DNA of 64,000 nucleotides from a virus (Duplodnaviria; Caudoviricetes): IMG/VR virus record IMGVR_UViG_3300026484_000545, positions 1 to 64,000 of that record; one strand, 5' to 3'. Shown piece by piece: positions 1 to 10,747 of this stretch (position 1 is its first letter; each line of letters starts with the position of its first letter). The notes under the pieces were generated by a model. It saw only the letters and a program-made list of their open reading frames with translations, ran no database searches and was not told where the DNA came from. The position numbers and the translations under genes were made by a program.

Positions 1-3000
1 TAGGAGTTGGGTTGTCTTCTCGGAAACTGTATTTTTTCTAGTTGTCTCATAAAGACTTAATTTCCGCTTTAATATTTCAAGTGTGCGTAATTTCTCTTGA
101 ATAAACCCAGGAATAGATTCCTTTGTTTTCGTAAGATTTGTTGCAAAGTGTTGAATAATACGAGTAATTACATTGACAGTTGATTTTGTATATTTATCAA
201 GTTTATCTGTAGCAAGATATATTTTATGTGCAAAAGTTTCAAAAAGATTTTTTGTAGTTTTAGTTTGCATACTTGAGACTTTCTCAATGTAATTACGAAC
301 CTGAGAAAAAGTATCTTTATAAACTGCTTTACAATCCACAGATTGACTTTTGAAAAATGAAGATACTGTTTTGATTATACTTGGAACTGAACCAGAAACT
401 CGTTTAAATAACCCGGTAATAAATTTTTTGACAAATGAAAACGTTTGTTCTACCTTTTCAGATACTCTTTTAAAAAGAGATTCAGTTTTGGAAAGAAGCG
501 TTTTTATATAGGCAACGACATGATTGCCTAATGTTTTTAAATTCTCTTGGATTGCACGGATAAGTTGCTTAAATTGTAAATCGGAATCTTTGTAGAACTT
601 ACCAGTTAAACTCGAAATTTTTTTCCACAATGTTGAGGTATGTTGCATAAATACTTGAGTTGTTTTTTGAAGAGTTTTTGTATGCTGTATATTTTGCTTA
701 GTAAATTGTGATAGTAGTGTTTTTACATTATTTGTGAGTTTCTTTTGGAGAGAATACCATGTACTTGAAAGCCCGTGGTAAAATCTAGTTAAACTAGCAA
801 CAGTATGTTTTAGATACTCAGTATTTAACTCTACAAAGTTTTTATGTAGTGAAATGGTTGTAGATTTAAATTCTGCAGCAATTTTCGGTAAATACTTATT
901 GAAGAAAGTAGCTTTAACAATGTTGAAATCTTTGTAAATTTTTGCCAGCCTACTTTTTAAGGTAGTATATGCAGAAATGGTTGTCCTGCTAAGTTTATGA
1001 ATAAATTCGATAGTGCTACGTTTTAAATCTGGATATGCTACTTTAAGATACTTTACTCCGAGTGTAAGAAAAATAAGAGTATCTTTTAGAAATGGCAATA
1101 CTTTTGTATCTATAAACTTGTCCAGTTTAGTAAAGAAGTATTCACCATATGCTGCAACACGATTATAGCTGGATACGATTGATTTTACAGTTTGATTAGT
1201 TACCTCTTGGATTTTTTCAGCTTGAATTTTGATAAGTAAAGCAAGAGTTTTATCATAAGTTTCTTGAATGTAAGTCGTAGCTGGTTTTAAAACAGATTCT
1301 AACTCAGATATCGTAGTCTTAACTAAACGTCCGACAAAGGAACTTTCAACCTTACGATACAATTCGTCTGCTTTAATAAAAACTGATTCAAGACGTTTTG
1401 TTATACGCGCTTGGAATTCATTTAAATGAGATGCAATTGATAGAGTAGTTGAAAGAATTCTTGTGAAAAATGATTTTTCAGTATCCTTTAAAATTTCAAC
1501 AAGTGATTGTTTATACTGTTTAAATTCTTCCTGAGACTTTGTGATAGAGGATGCTAGTACTTCTCCAAGCAGTGCAATCTTTTCAACTGTTGAATATGTA
1601 GTAAACTGAATAGTTTTAATTGACTTATCTAGTTGAGTTTCTACTTGTGCTACGCGTTTTTCTAAAGATTCTTCAATAGCTTTATAAGAAGGTAACTCCT
1701 TGTAAATTTCGCGTTGTTTTTCAAAGAAGTTTAGTAATGAGGCTTTAAGAGAACGTAGTCCCTCGTCAATTGTAGATGTGAATTTGTTAATGATATTAAT
1801 ACTTCTTTCGAGAATAGGATGTCTAGCAATAAATGCTCGTATTTCTTCCTCAGGCTTTATAGTTCTTTCTACTTTCTCTGACTCAAAATGCTTTTTTAGT
1901 GCAGATAAACCAAATGCAGCACCAACTCCTGCAAGTGTTAATCCTAGAATTTTTCCAGAAATTCCTGTAAAGCCTGCTTCTATAGGTTTACTTAACAGAC
2001 TTGTTACTTTTGATGTCGCTTTAGTTGCGGTTTCCTGTACTTTACGCTGAATGTAAGTTTCAGGATTAATTACAGGAGAAGTTAGTTTCTCTTTTACTTT
2101 ACTTAGGGTTTCAGCGCCAGGTACTGAAACTCCTAAACCGGCCTCTAAAAAAGAAGCTACTTGTTCAGTTGCCTCTAAAATATTAACAAGTGTATTTTGA
2201 ATTTCAGTAAGCTTTTTAACTTGAGGATTTTCTTTAGGACTGATAAATTTCAAAAGTAGACGCTCAAAGGGTTTACCTAGAATACTTTTAAGAGATTCAA
2301 GGGCAATTTTAGTGGTTATAGCAACTGTTTCCTTTAGAGGACCAATTAATAATTTTACAAAGGGAGTTAAGAAAGATCCTCCTGAGATTAATGCAGCCCA
2401 AAATGAATCCATATCGTTGATAAAATGAGACATTACTTCATCAAACTTACTCTTTAAAAAGGTGAATAAATCAGTAAGTACACTATAGGTTTTTGTGATA
2501 ACATCGGTTATCTTTCTTAGGTATTTTTCCGTAGTGCTTACTTTTTGCGCTTCATGGGCTCGTAATAGCCCATGAAATAGTGTTGTAAGTAAAGTTTGTA
2601 AGAAGGTATTGTCAGTCTTCTGGATTATATCGCTGATAATTGGAGCAAGTTCAGCAGTCGCAAAGTTAGCTGCATTAAACAGTTTTGCAACGGCAAAGAT
2701 GGCTGCAGATCCAATATCAAGAGGATTTGCAGCATGAAAATATGCACCAGTTTCAAATACCTTAGAAACTTGACGTAATTGATCGAGACTGGTAAATCTC
2801 GAATGAATTGGATTTGCAAGTTTATTTCCTAACGCCTCGGCAATATTAAGTACTTTAACGGGAATTTTTTGAGAACCCAAATTCAATTCACTGATGGTTT
2901 TTGAAGCATCGGTTAATCCTGCACTAACTTCAAATGTAGGGATACCTTTTAATAGATAATCATGAGTACTCTTTATTTGAAAAGTCTTAAAAATACTCGC

Positions 3001-3057
3001 AAAAGACTTAAGTAAACTATCTAACCCTTGTATATTTTGTGGCTTATTTCTTTCCAT
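1..3057 (-). CDS. Very long helical protein, probable tail tape measure protein (3' end runs off the window; >1019 aa)
   Basis: Not in the ORF track. ATG at 3057 with AAGGTAG upstream; the frame is open in all stretches I checked down to position 1 (MERNKPQNIQGLDSLLK...). Contains a Gly/Ala-rich hydrophobic segment (GKILGLTLAGVGAAFGLSAL) followed by long Thr/Lys-rich amphipathic helices with spaced aromatics. Confidence 0.6.
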   Translation of the reverse strand, partial: MERNKPQNIQGLDSLLKSFASIFKTFQIKSTHDYLLKGIPTFEVSAGLTDASKTISELNLGSQKIPVKVLNIAEALGNKLANPIHSRFTSLDQLRQVSKVFETGAYFHAANPLDIGSAAIFAVAKLFNAANFATAELAPIISDIIQKTDNTFLQTLLTTLFHGLLRAHEAQKVSTTEKYLRKITDVITKTYSVLTDLFTFLKSKFDEVMSHFINDMDSFWAALISGGSFLTPFVKLLIGPLKETVAITTKIALESLKSILGKPFERLLLKFISPKENPQVKKLTEIQNTLVNILEATEQVASFLEAGLGVSVPGAETLSKVKEKLTSPVINPETYIQRKVQETATKATSKVTSLLSKPIEAGFTGISGKILGLTLAGVGAAFGLSALKKHFESEKVERTIKPEEEIRAFIARHPILERSINIINKFTSTIDEGLRSLKASLLNFFEKQREIYKELPSYKAIEESLEKRVAQVETQLDKSIKTIQFTTYSTVEKIALLGEVLASSITKSQEEFKQYKQSLVEILKDTEKSFFTRILSTTLSIASHLNEFQARITKRLESVFIKADELYRKVESSFVGRLVKTTISELESVLKPATTYIQETYDKTLALLIKIQAEKIQEVTNQTVKSIVSSYNRVAAYGEYFFTKLDKFIDTKVLPFLKDTLIFLTLGVKYLKVAYPDLKRSTIEFIHKLSRTTISAYTTLKSRLAKIYKDFNIVKATFFNKYLPKIAAEFKSTTISLHKNFVELNTEYLKHTVASLTRFYHGLSSTWYSLQKKLTNNVKTLLSQFTKQNIQHTKTLQKTTQVFMQHTSTLWKKISSLTGKFYKDSDLQFKQLIRAIQENLKTLGNHVVAYIKTLLSKTESLFKRVSEKVEQTFSFVKKFITGLFKRVSGSVPSIIKTVSSFFKSQSVDCKAVYKDTFSQVRNYIEKVSSMQTKTTKNLFETFAHKIYLATDKLDKYTKSTVNVITRIIQHFATNLTKTKESIPGFIQEKLRTLEILKRKLSLYETTRKNTVSEKTTQLL

Positions 3058-3090
3058 CGTCTACTACCTTTTTTTATGCTATAGTTTTCT

Positions 3091-3975
3091 TTAGCAACAA
3101 TCGATTTCTCTAGTTAAATAAATACGAGTATCAAAATTGTCAATATTGAAGAAGTCATCAATGTCATATGTATCGGCAACTGCGGAAAATACATAACTCG
3201 GATTTACAAAGTTATCATATAAATCTGCAAGCAACCCTTTGTAATAATATGTATCTTCCTTATCAGTTACAAGCTTTATAAAATTTAATTTACGGGTCTT
3301 CTTGAAAAATGAACATGCCACTTGCATATTATGCGTTACGTTAAACAAGGGGCTAATTAAAAATAAATGAGTAGCATTTCTAAATAGAATTTGCCTTTTG
3401 AAAAAGTGATCTTCAAAAGGCCTTTTAAAAAGCCATGAACTAAGAAGAGCTTGATTTAATGCCCAAAACTGTCCAATTGCAATATCGATAGCATATATTT
3501 GCTCAACCAATGCTCTGTATGCTTTCAAATATGTAAAGTAATCGGCTCCATCATTATATATTTGATAAATTCCATTTAATGCATTCACCAAGTCATGCGC
3601 AAAGTTTTTAAGTCGTTCCATTTCATATACAGCTTTGGTTTTTTGTTGAATGTTAAAAAAGTATTGCTCAAATAGATGTAATATGTAGCCTATTTGCAAA
3701 CTTTCATCCATATTGAAAAATGCATGATTGACATCAATATACTTTTTATGCACGCCTAAATCTTTCAGGAAGTTATAGTAGAATTCAAAGAGATTGTAAG
3801 TAACCGTTCGAAGTAAATTTTCGTCATAAATATCTCTATGTTGCCTTAATAGAATTTCCCAAAAAGGTTTCCAGTCTATAGGATTTTCAGGATCCGGAAT
3901 ATAGATAATACTATCTTCACGTGTCAAAATCCCAATAGGTATTACAACGATATTAATTGTAGCGTAATCTATCAT
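3091..3975 (-). CDS. Hypothetical protein (294 aa), probably virion-associated
   Basis: ORF overlaps the terminase stop by 4 nt; no motif recognised. Confidence 0.7.
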   Translation of the reverse strand: MIDYATINIVVIPIGILTREDSIIYIPDPENPIDWKPFWEILLRQHRDIYDENLLRTVTYNLFEFYYNFLKDLGVHKKYIDVNHAFFNMDESLQIGYILHLFEQYFFNIQQKTKAVYEMERLKNFAHDLVNALNGIYQIYNDGADYFTYLKAYRALVEQIYAIDIAIGQFWALNQALLSSWLFKRPFEDHFFKRQILFRNATHLFLISPLFNVTHNMQVACSFFKKTRKLNFIKLVTDKEDTYYYKGLLADLYDNFVNPSYVFSAVADTYDIDDFFNIDNFDTRIYLTREIDCC

Positions 3976-5618
3976 GTAACCGGTTCCTCAAAAATTTTGT
4001 CAAAAGTACTAGATGCTTCTTGTTTACTTTGTATATCTGATGCAAGAATATTTAAAATTGGATTTTCAAATTGATAATTATCTGTATTTTCAACTTTATC
4101 CTGGTTAAACTCAACTAGCATTTCTAGATTCTTAAGAACTTCCTCTTTTTTAATTCCAAGTGTAGTTAGATAGTCTTCGATTTTTCCATAGTATTTCACA
4201 TATTGAGTAAATGCTAAAGCCATTGCAAGGTCATCATGCATATTGCTAGGAGCCTGTACTTTGTCTCCTTTATATTCTAATGCAGCAAGCTGAGAAAGAA
4301 CCATTGAGTCATAGATTTTATTCCAATTGTTTACAACATAGTGATATAAAGCGTCAAGCATTAATCTTCTAGTACTACGATTGGTTGAGATTCCCGCATG
4401 TTTATATGCATCGCGTCTATATCGTTTTTCATAAGGAATGTACATTCTATGGGCTAGATTTGCTTGATATAATACTTGAGCTGCCATTTTACCAATTCCG
4501 TTGTTTTCAAAAATTATGAGACTGTTTTCAAGGTATTGAGCTAGATACAATACATTTTCAGTAAATTCGGAAACTGAAATTTCTTTTGAGTAAAATACTC
4601 CTACAACTTCATCACTTTCATAGTCAATAATTACAAGTGCAGCATAATCCTGTCCAGAATCTGCAGGATCGCATCCTATCAAATACAGTCTATTTTTATC
4701 TAGTGGTTTATAGAGTTTTAGATAACCTCTTGGTAGTTTTAGCTCAGAAATTGGTTTATGTTTTCCAATTTCTCTTTGTAGTTTTTCAATGATGGAGTCT
4801 GGGAAGAATGCGGATTCAGAACCGTAGAATACCAGTTCATATTCTTGATTGATATCTCTTTCGGACATATCTTTTGTTTGCTCTCTAAACCACTCTTCAT
4901 CGTATTCTGGTACGTCCCTCCAGTGGAATTTAATAGGTTTATATCCATTTTCTCCATTTAATGCACCAACCCACATTTTATAAAACCATTCACCAATTCC
5001 ATACATACCATTGGGAGTAGATATAATTGCAATACCATAGGGTAGTCCTGCTTTTTTAAGTCTAAGATGTCTACGAGAGGTAACTGGTTTTAACGCAGTA
5101 AATGCTTTGTCAATTCCCTTGATGAATGCTGCCTCATCAATTATTACAAAATCTGCCTTTAAACCTCTACCAGCATTTTCCGGATTCTGTGGATTAACAG
5201 GAACTCCTCTAATTATCGAACCATTTGGAAAAACTTTTTCGAAAACATTGTCAATTACAAGTTTATCAAATTTGAGAAAATCTGGTAAAAGATGATATAT
5301 GTCCATTATTTCTCTAATGAAATCTACGATTGCTTTTGAAGAACGAGAGGTTATTGCAACTTGATACTTTGGATAAAAGAGCATAAGCCATAGTGTAAAT
5401 AATTGAATACTTGTGGTTTTACCAGTTTGTCTTGAACCAAGGATAATTACATAGTGATCATTAAGACAGGATTTTATAATCTCTTCCTGTTTTGGATAGA
5501 GTTTTACTTTTATGATTCCTTCAGGAGCAGGTATTTTACAATACTTCTTGATAAAGTAAAGAGGATCCTGTCTGCATTTCAATATTTCCTTTACGATTTC
5601 TTCTTGTGTTAAATTCAT
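3972..5618 (-). CDS. terL: Terminase large subunit (T4 gp17-like)
   Basis: N-terminal C..DPLYFIKKYCKI, LYPKQ adenine motif, Walker A GSRQTGKT, Walker B IIDEAAF, coupling motif ISTPNG, RNase H-like nuclease motifs GCDPA, FENNGIG and HDDLAMA. Confidence 0.95.
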   Translation of the reverse strand: MNLTQEEIVKEILKCRQDPLYFIKKYCKIPAPEGIIKVKLYPKQEEIIKSCLNDHYVIILGSRQTGKTTSIQLFTLWLMLFYPKYQVAITSRSSKAIVDFIREIMDIYHLLPDFLKFDKLVIDNVFEKVFPNGSIIRGVPVNPQNPENAGRGLKADFVIIDEAAFIKGIDKAFTALKPVTSRRHLRLKKAGLPYGIAIISTPNGMYGIGEWFYKMWVGALNGENGYKPIKFHWRDVPEYDEEWFREQTKDMSERDINQEYELVFYGSESAFFPDSIIEKLQREIGKHKPISELKLPRGYLKLYKPLDKNRLYLIGCDPADSGQDYAALVIIDYESDEVVGVFYSKEISVSEFTENVLYLAQYLENSLIIFENNGIGKMAAQVLYQANLAHRMYIPYEKRYRRDAYKHAGISTNRSTRRLMLDALYHYVVNNWNKIYDSMVLSQLAALEYKGDKVQAPSNMHDDLAMALAFTQYVKYYGKIEDYLTTLGIKKEEVLKNLEMLVEFNQDKVENTDNYQFENPILNILASDIQSKQEASSTFDKIFEEPVT

Positions 5619-6835
5619 TTTATTGCCCTCTTAAAAGTTAGATCTAGACGAGGTAGAGTTTGTTGATGACGACGATCTAATGTAAGTCGTAAACCTGCAA
5701 TTACGTAATCGCCATCAAAATCCTTTAGTTTTTCATTTGTAAATTTGACTTGCCAGATATATTTATAGGGTTTTAAATCCTCAAATTTTTTCCAACGATT
5801 TGCTGTAACATTTAGTTTCACAAATTGCATTCTTACATTTTTTAAATCTGCCCATAAATTTATATCCTTGTAAAAGTAATGACGAGTTATACATTTTGGA
5901 TATTGAGCCTTCGTGTAGATTTTCTTGAAGTATTTTTCTCCCTTTAGATAATCAATGTTTTTAACTTTTGTTGTTGCTTCTTTGAATCGAGAATACCCAA
6001 TCCATTTAAAGGGCTCCTTTTTCTTTCCGCCAAACATGAGTTTAAAGTCAGGATTTGTTTCAATTGAAAAATCAGTAATAAACATTTCCTTAAAATCAGC
6101 CCATTGCGATTGATATATTGGATACAAGTATATCTTCTTCTTTTTCTTTTTGTATCGATCTTTTATGTTATACAATCTGAATCCAGTATTATCATAGTAA
6201 TATGTATAGGGAGATTTATCACCATAACCTGCTTGCAAAACAAATGCAATTGCATTCTTAATTTGACACCATGGGATAAAAAATTGCTCCCATTTTTGAT
6301 TATTCTTTCTCTCTTTATCAATTTCCTTTTGATTTAACTTGAGATATTTTTTGAGTTCGGAAAATATAAAGTCTTGGAAAATTTCTTTGTATTTTTTCTT
6401 TTCGTAAATTTTTGCAAAACATGCCCAGTAACCATCTGCACCATAGGGCATACAAAAGACTGTATGTTTAACAACAGCATATTTTGTCATGTTTTCATCA
6501 GATGTTGCTTTTTCTTTTGGGACGTGATTAAATAAATCAGTATCATATTTCTTAGGAAATAACTTGTATTTAAATTTGTCAACCAATTGATGTTGATCGT
6601 TAAAAAGTTTTACCTCAACTTCATAAATCTCATCATACTTAAAGACTTTTGCTTTATAAAATTTTTCGAGAGGACCGTAAAATTCTAAGACAACAAATGA
6701 GGTTAGTAGATGCTCTCCTTCTTCAATTACAAGGTGAGTTAGAAAATCGGAAAAATCCCATGTTCCAGCTTCAGTATAAACTTTTACTTTTATATCAAAG
6801 CGATAGTTGAGATGTTGCGTTTGGATTACACTCAT
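5615..6835 (-). CDS. Hypothetical protein, possibly tail/baseplate hub-like
   Basis: Start moved to MSVIQ (ATG 6835, GAAGGT upstream) because the longer start lies in a terminator hairpin. Beta-rich; C-terminal FDGDYVIAGLRLTL is reminiscent of hub proteins (weak). Confidence 0.55.
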   Translation of the reverse strand: MSVIQTQHLNYRFDIKVKVYTEAGTWDFSDFLTHLVIEEGEHLLTSFVVLEFYGPLEKFYKAKVFKYDEIYEVEVKLFNDQHQLVDKFKYKLFPKKYDTDLFNHVPKEKATSDENMTKYAVVKHTVFCMPYGADGYWACFAKIYEKKKYKEIFQDFIFSELKKYLKLNQKEIDKERKNNQKWEQFFIPWCQIKNAIAFVLQAGYGDKSPYTYYYDNTGFRLYNIKDRYKKKKKKIYLYPIYQSQWADFKEMFITDFSIETNPDFKLMFGGKKKEPFKWIGYSRFKEATTKVKNIDYLKGEKYFKKIYTKAQYPKCITRHYFYKDINLWADLKNVRMQFVKLNVTANRWKKFEDLKPYKYIWQVKFTNEKLKDFDGDYVIAGLRLTLDRRHQQTLPRLDLTFKRAIK

Positions 6836-6860
6836 ACCTTCAACTCCGAAAAGATGTAGT

Positions 6861-6896
6861 AAAAATAGTTGGGGAGCCATTAAAAGGCTCCCCAAC
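6861..6896 (-). terminator. Intrinsic terminator
   Basis: 11-bp stem GTTGGGGAGCC/GGCTCCCCAAC followed by TATTTTT on the minus strand. Confidence 0.75.
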
Positions 6897-6914
6897 CTTT
6901 AGTTTCGCTATAAA

Positions 6915-7952
6915 TTAGGTTGTTTGATCATTTAAATATGCTAGGATTTCATTAATACCATGCCCAGCCTTTAGCATATTACATGCTTCAATTAATGAAG
7001 CAGCTGCTACGTCTACCCCTTTATTTGCCGCAATAGTATTTAGCAGATCAACAATTTCGGAACCTTCCTCTATTTCGAGTAATTGGGGCAAGCATGAAAC
7101 TAATTGTGATGCTCCAACGTTATTTACTGCAACTACAAAAATATCAGAGTTACAAGTAAATCCTAGATTGCGAACGTATGCATCTACAACTGAAGCCATT
7201 GTTTCTTTATCAAATGTCAAATATACATCTACCGCACGAGTTAATGGATAGTTTTCAAGCATTGTATATAGTTCTTTAATTGCATTTGTTGCAGCATCTG
7301 GAGCTTTATCAACTGCAAACTTTAGGTCTGCAATAACTGCATCTCTACTTTGTCCAATTAACACACGTAAAAAGCTGCAAATCTTATCTTTAACATCCTG
7401 CGGATCAAATTCTTCAGCATGTGTATCAATAAATGTATAAAGGAATGCGAGTTCAGATTCGCAATCAAACGATGGAGTTGCTGGATATGGAGTTGTAACT
7501 GGAATATATCCACGTACTGTTTGATAATCCAATTGTGAACTTGGAATTTGCATATGTGCGGGATCTAATCCGTAATTATCTTCCCAGTCGATATTGATAT
7601 ATTGTGTTTTAATTAAGGATATAGGATATCCAATTGACTCTTTTCGGTAATTTATATAAACAACCATGTTGTCTTTTGGAAAGACTTTCACTTGGAACTC
7701 TACTTGATCCATTAATGCATAAAAATCTCTCAAACGATCGCGTAAGTAATAATACTTGAAGATTGCATAAAGTATTGCTATAAGTTCGATGGAAGGAGGG
7801 TTTATGGCTGGATTGTATACAAAGAGTTTCCAAGTGTTATCTTCACCATCTAAATACCAACACCAAAAGCCTTTTGGATATGGACTATAATTCACAATCC
7901 CTTCAACTGAATTAAACATATATCCCCAGCATCCTAATTTCTTTATAACCAT
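6915..7952 (-). CDS. Hypothetical protein (345 aa), likely virion structural
   Basis: AGGAG RBS; acidic; lies in the structural-gene block. Confidence 0.7.
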   Translation of the reverse strand: MVIKKLGCWGYMFNSVEGIVNYSPYPKGFWCWYLDGEDNTWKLFVYNPAINPPSIELIAILYAIFKYYYLRDRLRDFYALMDQVEFQVKVFPKDNMVVYINYRKESIGYPISLIKTQYINIDWEDNYGLDPAHMQIPSSQLDYQTVRGYIPVTTPYPATPSFDCESELAFLYTFIDTHAEEFDPQDVKDKICSFLRVLIGQSRDAVIADLKFAVDKAPDAATNAIKELYTMLENYPLTRAVDVYLTFDKETMASVVDAYVRNLGFTCNSDIFVVAVNNVGASQLVSCLPQLLEIEEGSEIVDLLNTIAANKGVDVAAASLIEACNMLKAGHGINEILAYLNDQTT

Positions 7953-7970
7953 ATCCCGTAAACTCCTTTT

Positions 7971-8402
7971 TTACTGCTTTATAAAATATGTATTCGATAG
8001 CAATATTAGTTCTTTATCCAAATAGCGGAAAAGCCAACGGACATACTCACCTGAATCAGTATGTAAATCGAAAATTACGTAAGGTTCTTTGTAATAGAAA
8101 AGCTCTAAGGTAATATTGTTATCACGAAAGTTTGCAAGTAGCGTAGGCCGTTGTACGTCGTTATTAATAACTAGAAAAACTCGATATGTATTAAAATCCC
8201 ATCGTGGAGGACATAAAATCTTGTACTGTAAATTTTCCGATGAAATTCGTTTGAGAAAATATTCAGACATTGGTTTTAATTTAAGTACTTCTTTGTCAGT
8301 CCAAACGCGTATCTTTAGATGATAATTTGGAATATTTAAAGTTGGATCTGTAGGATATTGATAAAGTGTAAATGCAGGATAAGTACGTGGATCTATTGCC
8401 AT
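7971..8402 (-). CDS. Hypothetical protein (143 aa)
   Basis: AGGAG RBS; tightly packed in the operon. Confidence 0.7.
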   Translation of the reverse strand: MAIDPRTYPAFTLYQYPTDPTLNIPNYHLKIRVWTDKEVLKLKPMSEYFLKRISSENLQYKILCPPRWDFNTYRVFLVINNDVQRPTLLANFRDNNITLELFYYKEPYVIFDLHTDSGEYVRWLFRYLDKELILLSNTYFIKQ

Positions 8403-8413
8403 TTTGTTAGCTC

Positions 8414-9322
8414 CTAAGGTCTCGCATCAATATATCCTGAGTATTTAATAGTAAACGGTCCATAATTTGAGTAATTGAGTAGATAATCTTGTAAACGTTC
8501 AGGATAATAATCAATAGGATAGTCACGCTTGATTGTAAAAGTAAAGTAGATATCAATTCTTCGCGTTAAATCATTTTGTTGCATATTATATGGAATTGGA
8601 AATAGTTTTATTAAGTCTCGTGATAGAAAAAGTAGGAAATCGTTAGGATTAAGATTTACAAAATTCCTGAAATCAATTTGAATTACCCTGGATAAGTTTA
8701 CAAAGTGAATTTGCAAGAGTAATGGATTTAGATAATTCATTTCCTGAGGATATAAAGGTATAAATTGCTCTCTTACATCAACATAAATTCCTTGCCACTC
8801 ACTTAAAGGTTTATCATTTATTTTGTCGATTTTCACGTACGTTAAAAACGATAATTCTTTACTACATGTAGATACTATCCAAATGTAATCAGGAGCATTT
8901 ATATTCGGGATATTGTAAACTTTTGTTTTGTAAAAGGGATGGAATAATGCATGTTTGTATGCAAAAATTGCTCCTGAGGTAAGCATTAAAAAGTAAGTAT
9001 CTGATGCTTCATCATAATAAACTCTATGAGGTTTACCTAGGTAGATTAAGTTATTTCTACATCCAGCGTAAAAGTCGTAGTTACAGAGTTTACTACAATC
9101 TGCAAAATCTAGTTGCTGCGGTGGTTTTGTAAGGCATGAAGCATCATATTCAATTGTTAAAATTAATGCATTTCCAGTATAAACTTTATCTACAAGTTCA
9201 AAATCAGTAACTTGAGCATTTTCAATATGACGAGGGACTAGATTTACAATAATATCTAAATCGATAGATTCAGTGTAGGTAGTTGCAGATAATTGTAAGC
9301 TATTACTATCTACTGTAGCCAT
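8414..9322 (-). CDS. Hypothetical protein (302 aa), likely virion structural
   Basis: GAGGA RBS; operon context. Confidence 0.7.
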   Translation of the reverse strand: MATVDSNSLQLSATTYTESIDLDIIVNLVPRHIENAQVTDFELVDKVYTGNALILTIEYDASCLTKPPQQLDFADCSKLCNYDFYAGCRNNLIYLGKPHRVYYDEASDTYFLMLTSGAIFAYKHALFHPFYKTKVYNIPNINAPDYIWIVSTCSKELSFLTYVKIDKINDKPLSEWQGIYVDVREQFIPLYPQEMNYLNPLLLQIHFVNLSRVIQIDFRNFVNLNPNDFLLFLSRDLIKLFPIPYNMQQNDLTRRIDIYFTFTIKRDYPIDYYPERLQDYLLNYSNYGPFTIKYSGYIDARP

Positions 9323-9340
9323 TTGTGACTATTCCTCATG

Positions 9341-9892
9341 TTAAATACTATTTATAATCTCTTCAATTGATAAAGGTTTACCATCAGGTCCAAGAAATTG
9401 CTTTGTTAAAACTTCGTCAAAAGAAAAGCTATCTACAGTTTTCATCATGGAAATTGTCTTATGGTCGTCTTCTAAAATAAGTAAATCAGTAAATGGACTT
9501 TCCTCAAAGTAAAAGTAGTCATACCAATCTAGATAATCGTAGTAGGTATATGCAATAACTATTTCGGATTTGCTTAAGTTGCAAGAGCCATCATAGTCAT
9601 TATACTTGAGTTTGAAGTAATCTGTAAGTACGAATTTGATAAAATCAGATGCAGATGAGATTTCATAACCATTTTCCATAGCAAAATTAAGAACTTCTGA
9701 GACAACCATGAGATTACTTTGACGTTCGATACAATAGTCATAATCTAGTGAGTAGTGTGCACATATATATTCGACAGGTTCTGGATAACGATCGTCAGTC
9801 CATCGGTCGCAACATGCTCGATCCGTATACGTATTTCGTAATAAAAGCATTGCTTTGATGTAAAAATTCTCAAAATCCCATAGGGTTATCAT
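9341..9892 (-). CDS. Hypothetical acidic, Tyr/Asp-rich protein (183 aa)
   Basis: GGAG RBS; operon context. Confidence 0.7.
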   Translation of the reverse strand: MITLWDFENFYIKAMLLLRNTYTDRACCDRWTDDRYPEPVEYICAHYSLDYDYCIERQSNLMVVSEVLNFAMENGYEISSASDFIKFVLTDYFKLKYNDYDGSCNLSKSEIVIAYTYYDYLDWYDYFYFEESPFTDLLILEDDHKTISMMKTVDSFSFDEVLTKQFLGPDGKPLSIEEIINSI

Positions 9893-9919
9893 GGTTTACA
9901 TTTACTCCAGTTAAATTTT

Positions 9920-10747
9920 TTAGTCTTTTGGTCTAACTACTGCCATACATTCAAGTAAGATCCATAAATCTCTAACTGTTTTTGTCATAGTATTTGGAAT
10001 ATCGCGTAAAGAAACCTTACCGTTTTTGTAGATTTGCTCAATTGCGCGGAATTTTGCATTTAAATCATCAGCACCAATTGTGAAGAATTCTTTTAGAAGA
10101 TTTGGAGCATCATATGCAATTAAACAGTTTACATCAAGTTCTCCTAATCTTTGTCCACCTTCATGTTTTTTACCTTTAACGGCTTGTCCACTTTTGACGG
10201 AGTAAGGACCAATGGAACGTGCATGAAAATTCTTCTTATGTAGATGCTTAGTTTTAGCCCAGTAAATGTAACCATATGCACAAGGTTTCTTAGTTTTTCC
10301 ACCGATACTAGGATCGTAGATATAATCTTTAGGCTTTAGTCCATATGTTTTATATAGATCGTAGATTTTACGTAGAGTTAATGGATACATTGGAGAGTTC
10401 AAAATTGGAACGCCATATTCATACCATTCATGCATTAATTTTTCTAAGTCTTCCTTTTTAAGAGATTTGATATATTTGGTTAGAGATTTTGCAAGCTCTG
10501 GATTCAATACGTGACTATAGAATTCAAGTACAATGGATAGCGCTTGTTTTTTGTTTCCTTTTTTATATTCCTCGCGATATTTATCAGTGATATATTTTGC
10601 AAGACGTGTTGCAAATAACTCAATTAACTGCCCAATGTTTTTACGAGAAACCACACCTTGAGGATTCATAATTATATCGAAAGGTACACCATTTGGATCT
10701 CTTGGCATTTGATCATCTGGTAAGATTAATGCAATAACTCCTTTGTT
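9920..10747 (-). CDS. rpoB: RNA polymerase beta-like subunit, set 1, exon 2
   Basis: Begins NKGVIALILPDDQMP..., with FDIIMNPQGVVSRKNIGQ, KHLHKKNFHARSIGPYS and GGQRLGELD. Continues exon 1 in frame to give GDKLHNYSG|NKGVI (cf. GDKxxxRHGNKGV). Confidence 0.93.
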   Translation of the reverse strand, partial: NKGVIALILPDDQMPRDPNGVPFDIIMNPQGVVSRKNIGQLIELFATRLAKYITDKYREEYKKGNKKQALSIVLEFYSHVLNPELAKSLTKYIKSLKKEDLEKLMHEWYEYGVPILNSPMYPLTLRKIYDLYKTYGLKPKDYIYDPSIGGKTKKPCAYGYIYWAKTKHLHKKNFHARSIGPYSVKSGQAVKGKKHEGGQRLGELDVNCLIAYDAPNLLKEFFTIGADDLNAKFRAIEQIYKNGKVSLRDIPNTMTKTVRDLWILLECMAVVRPKD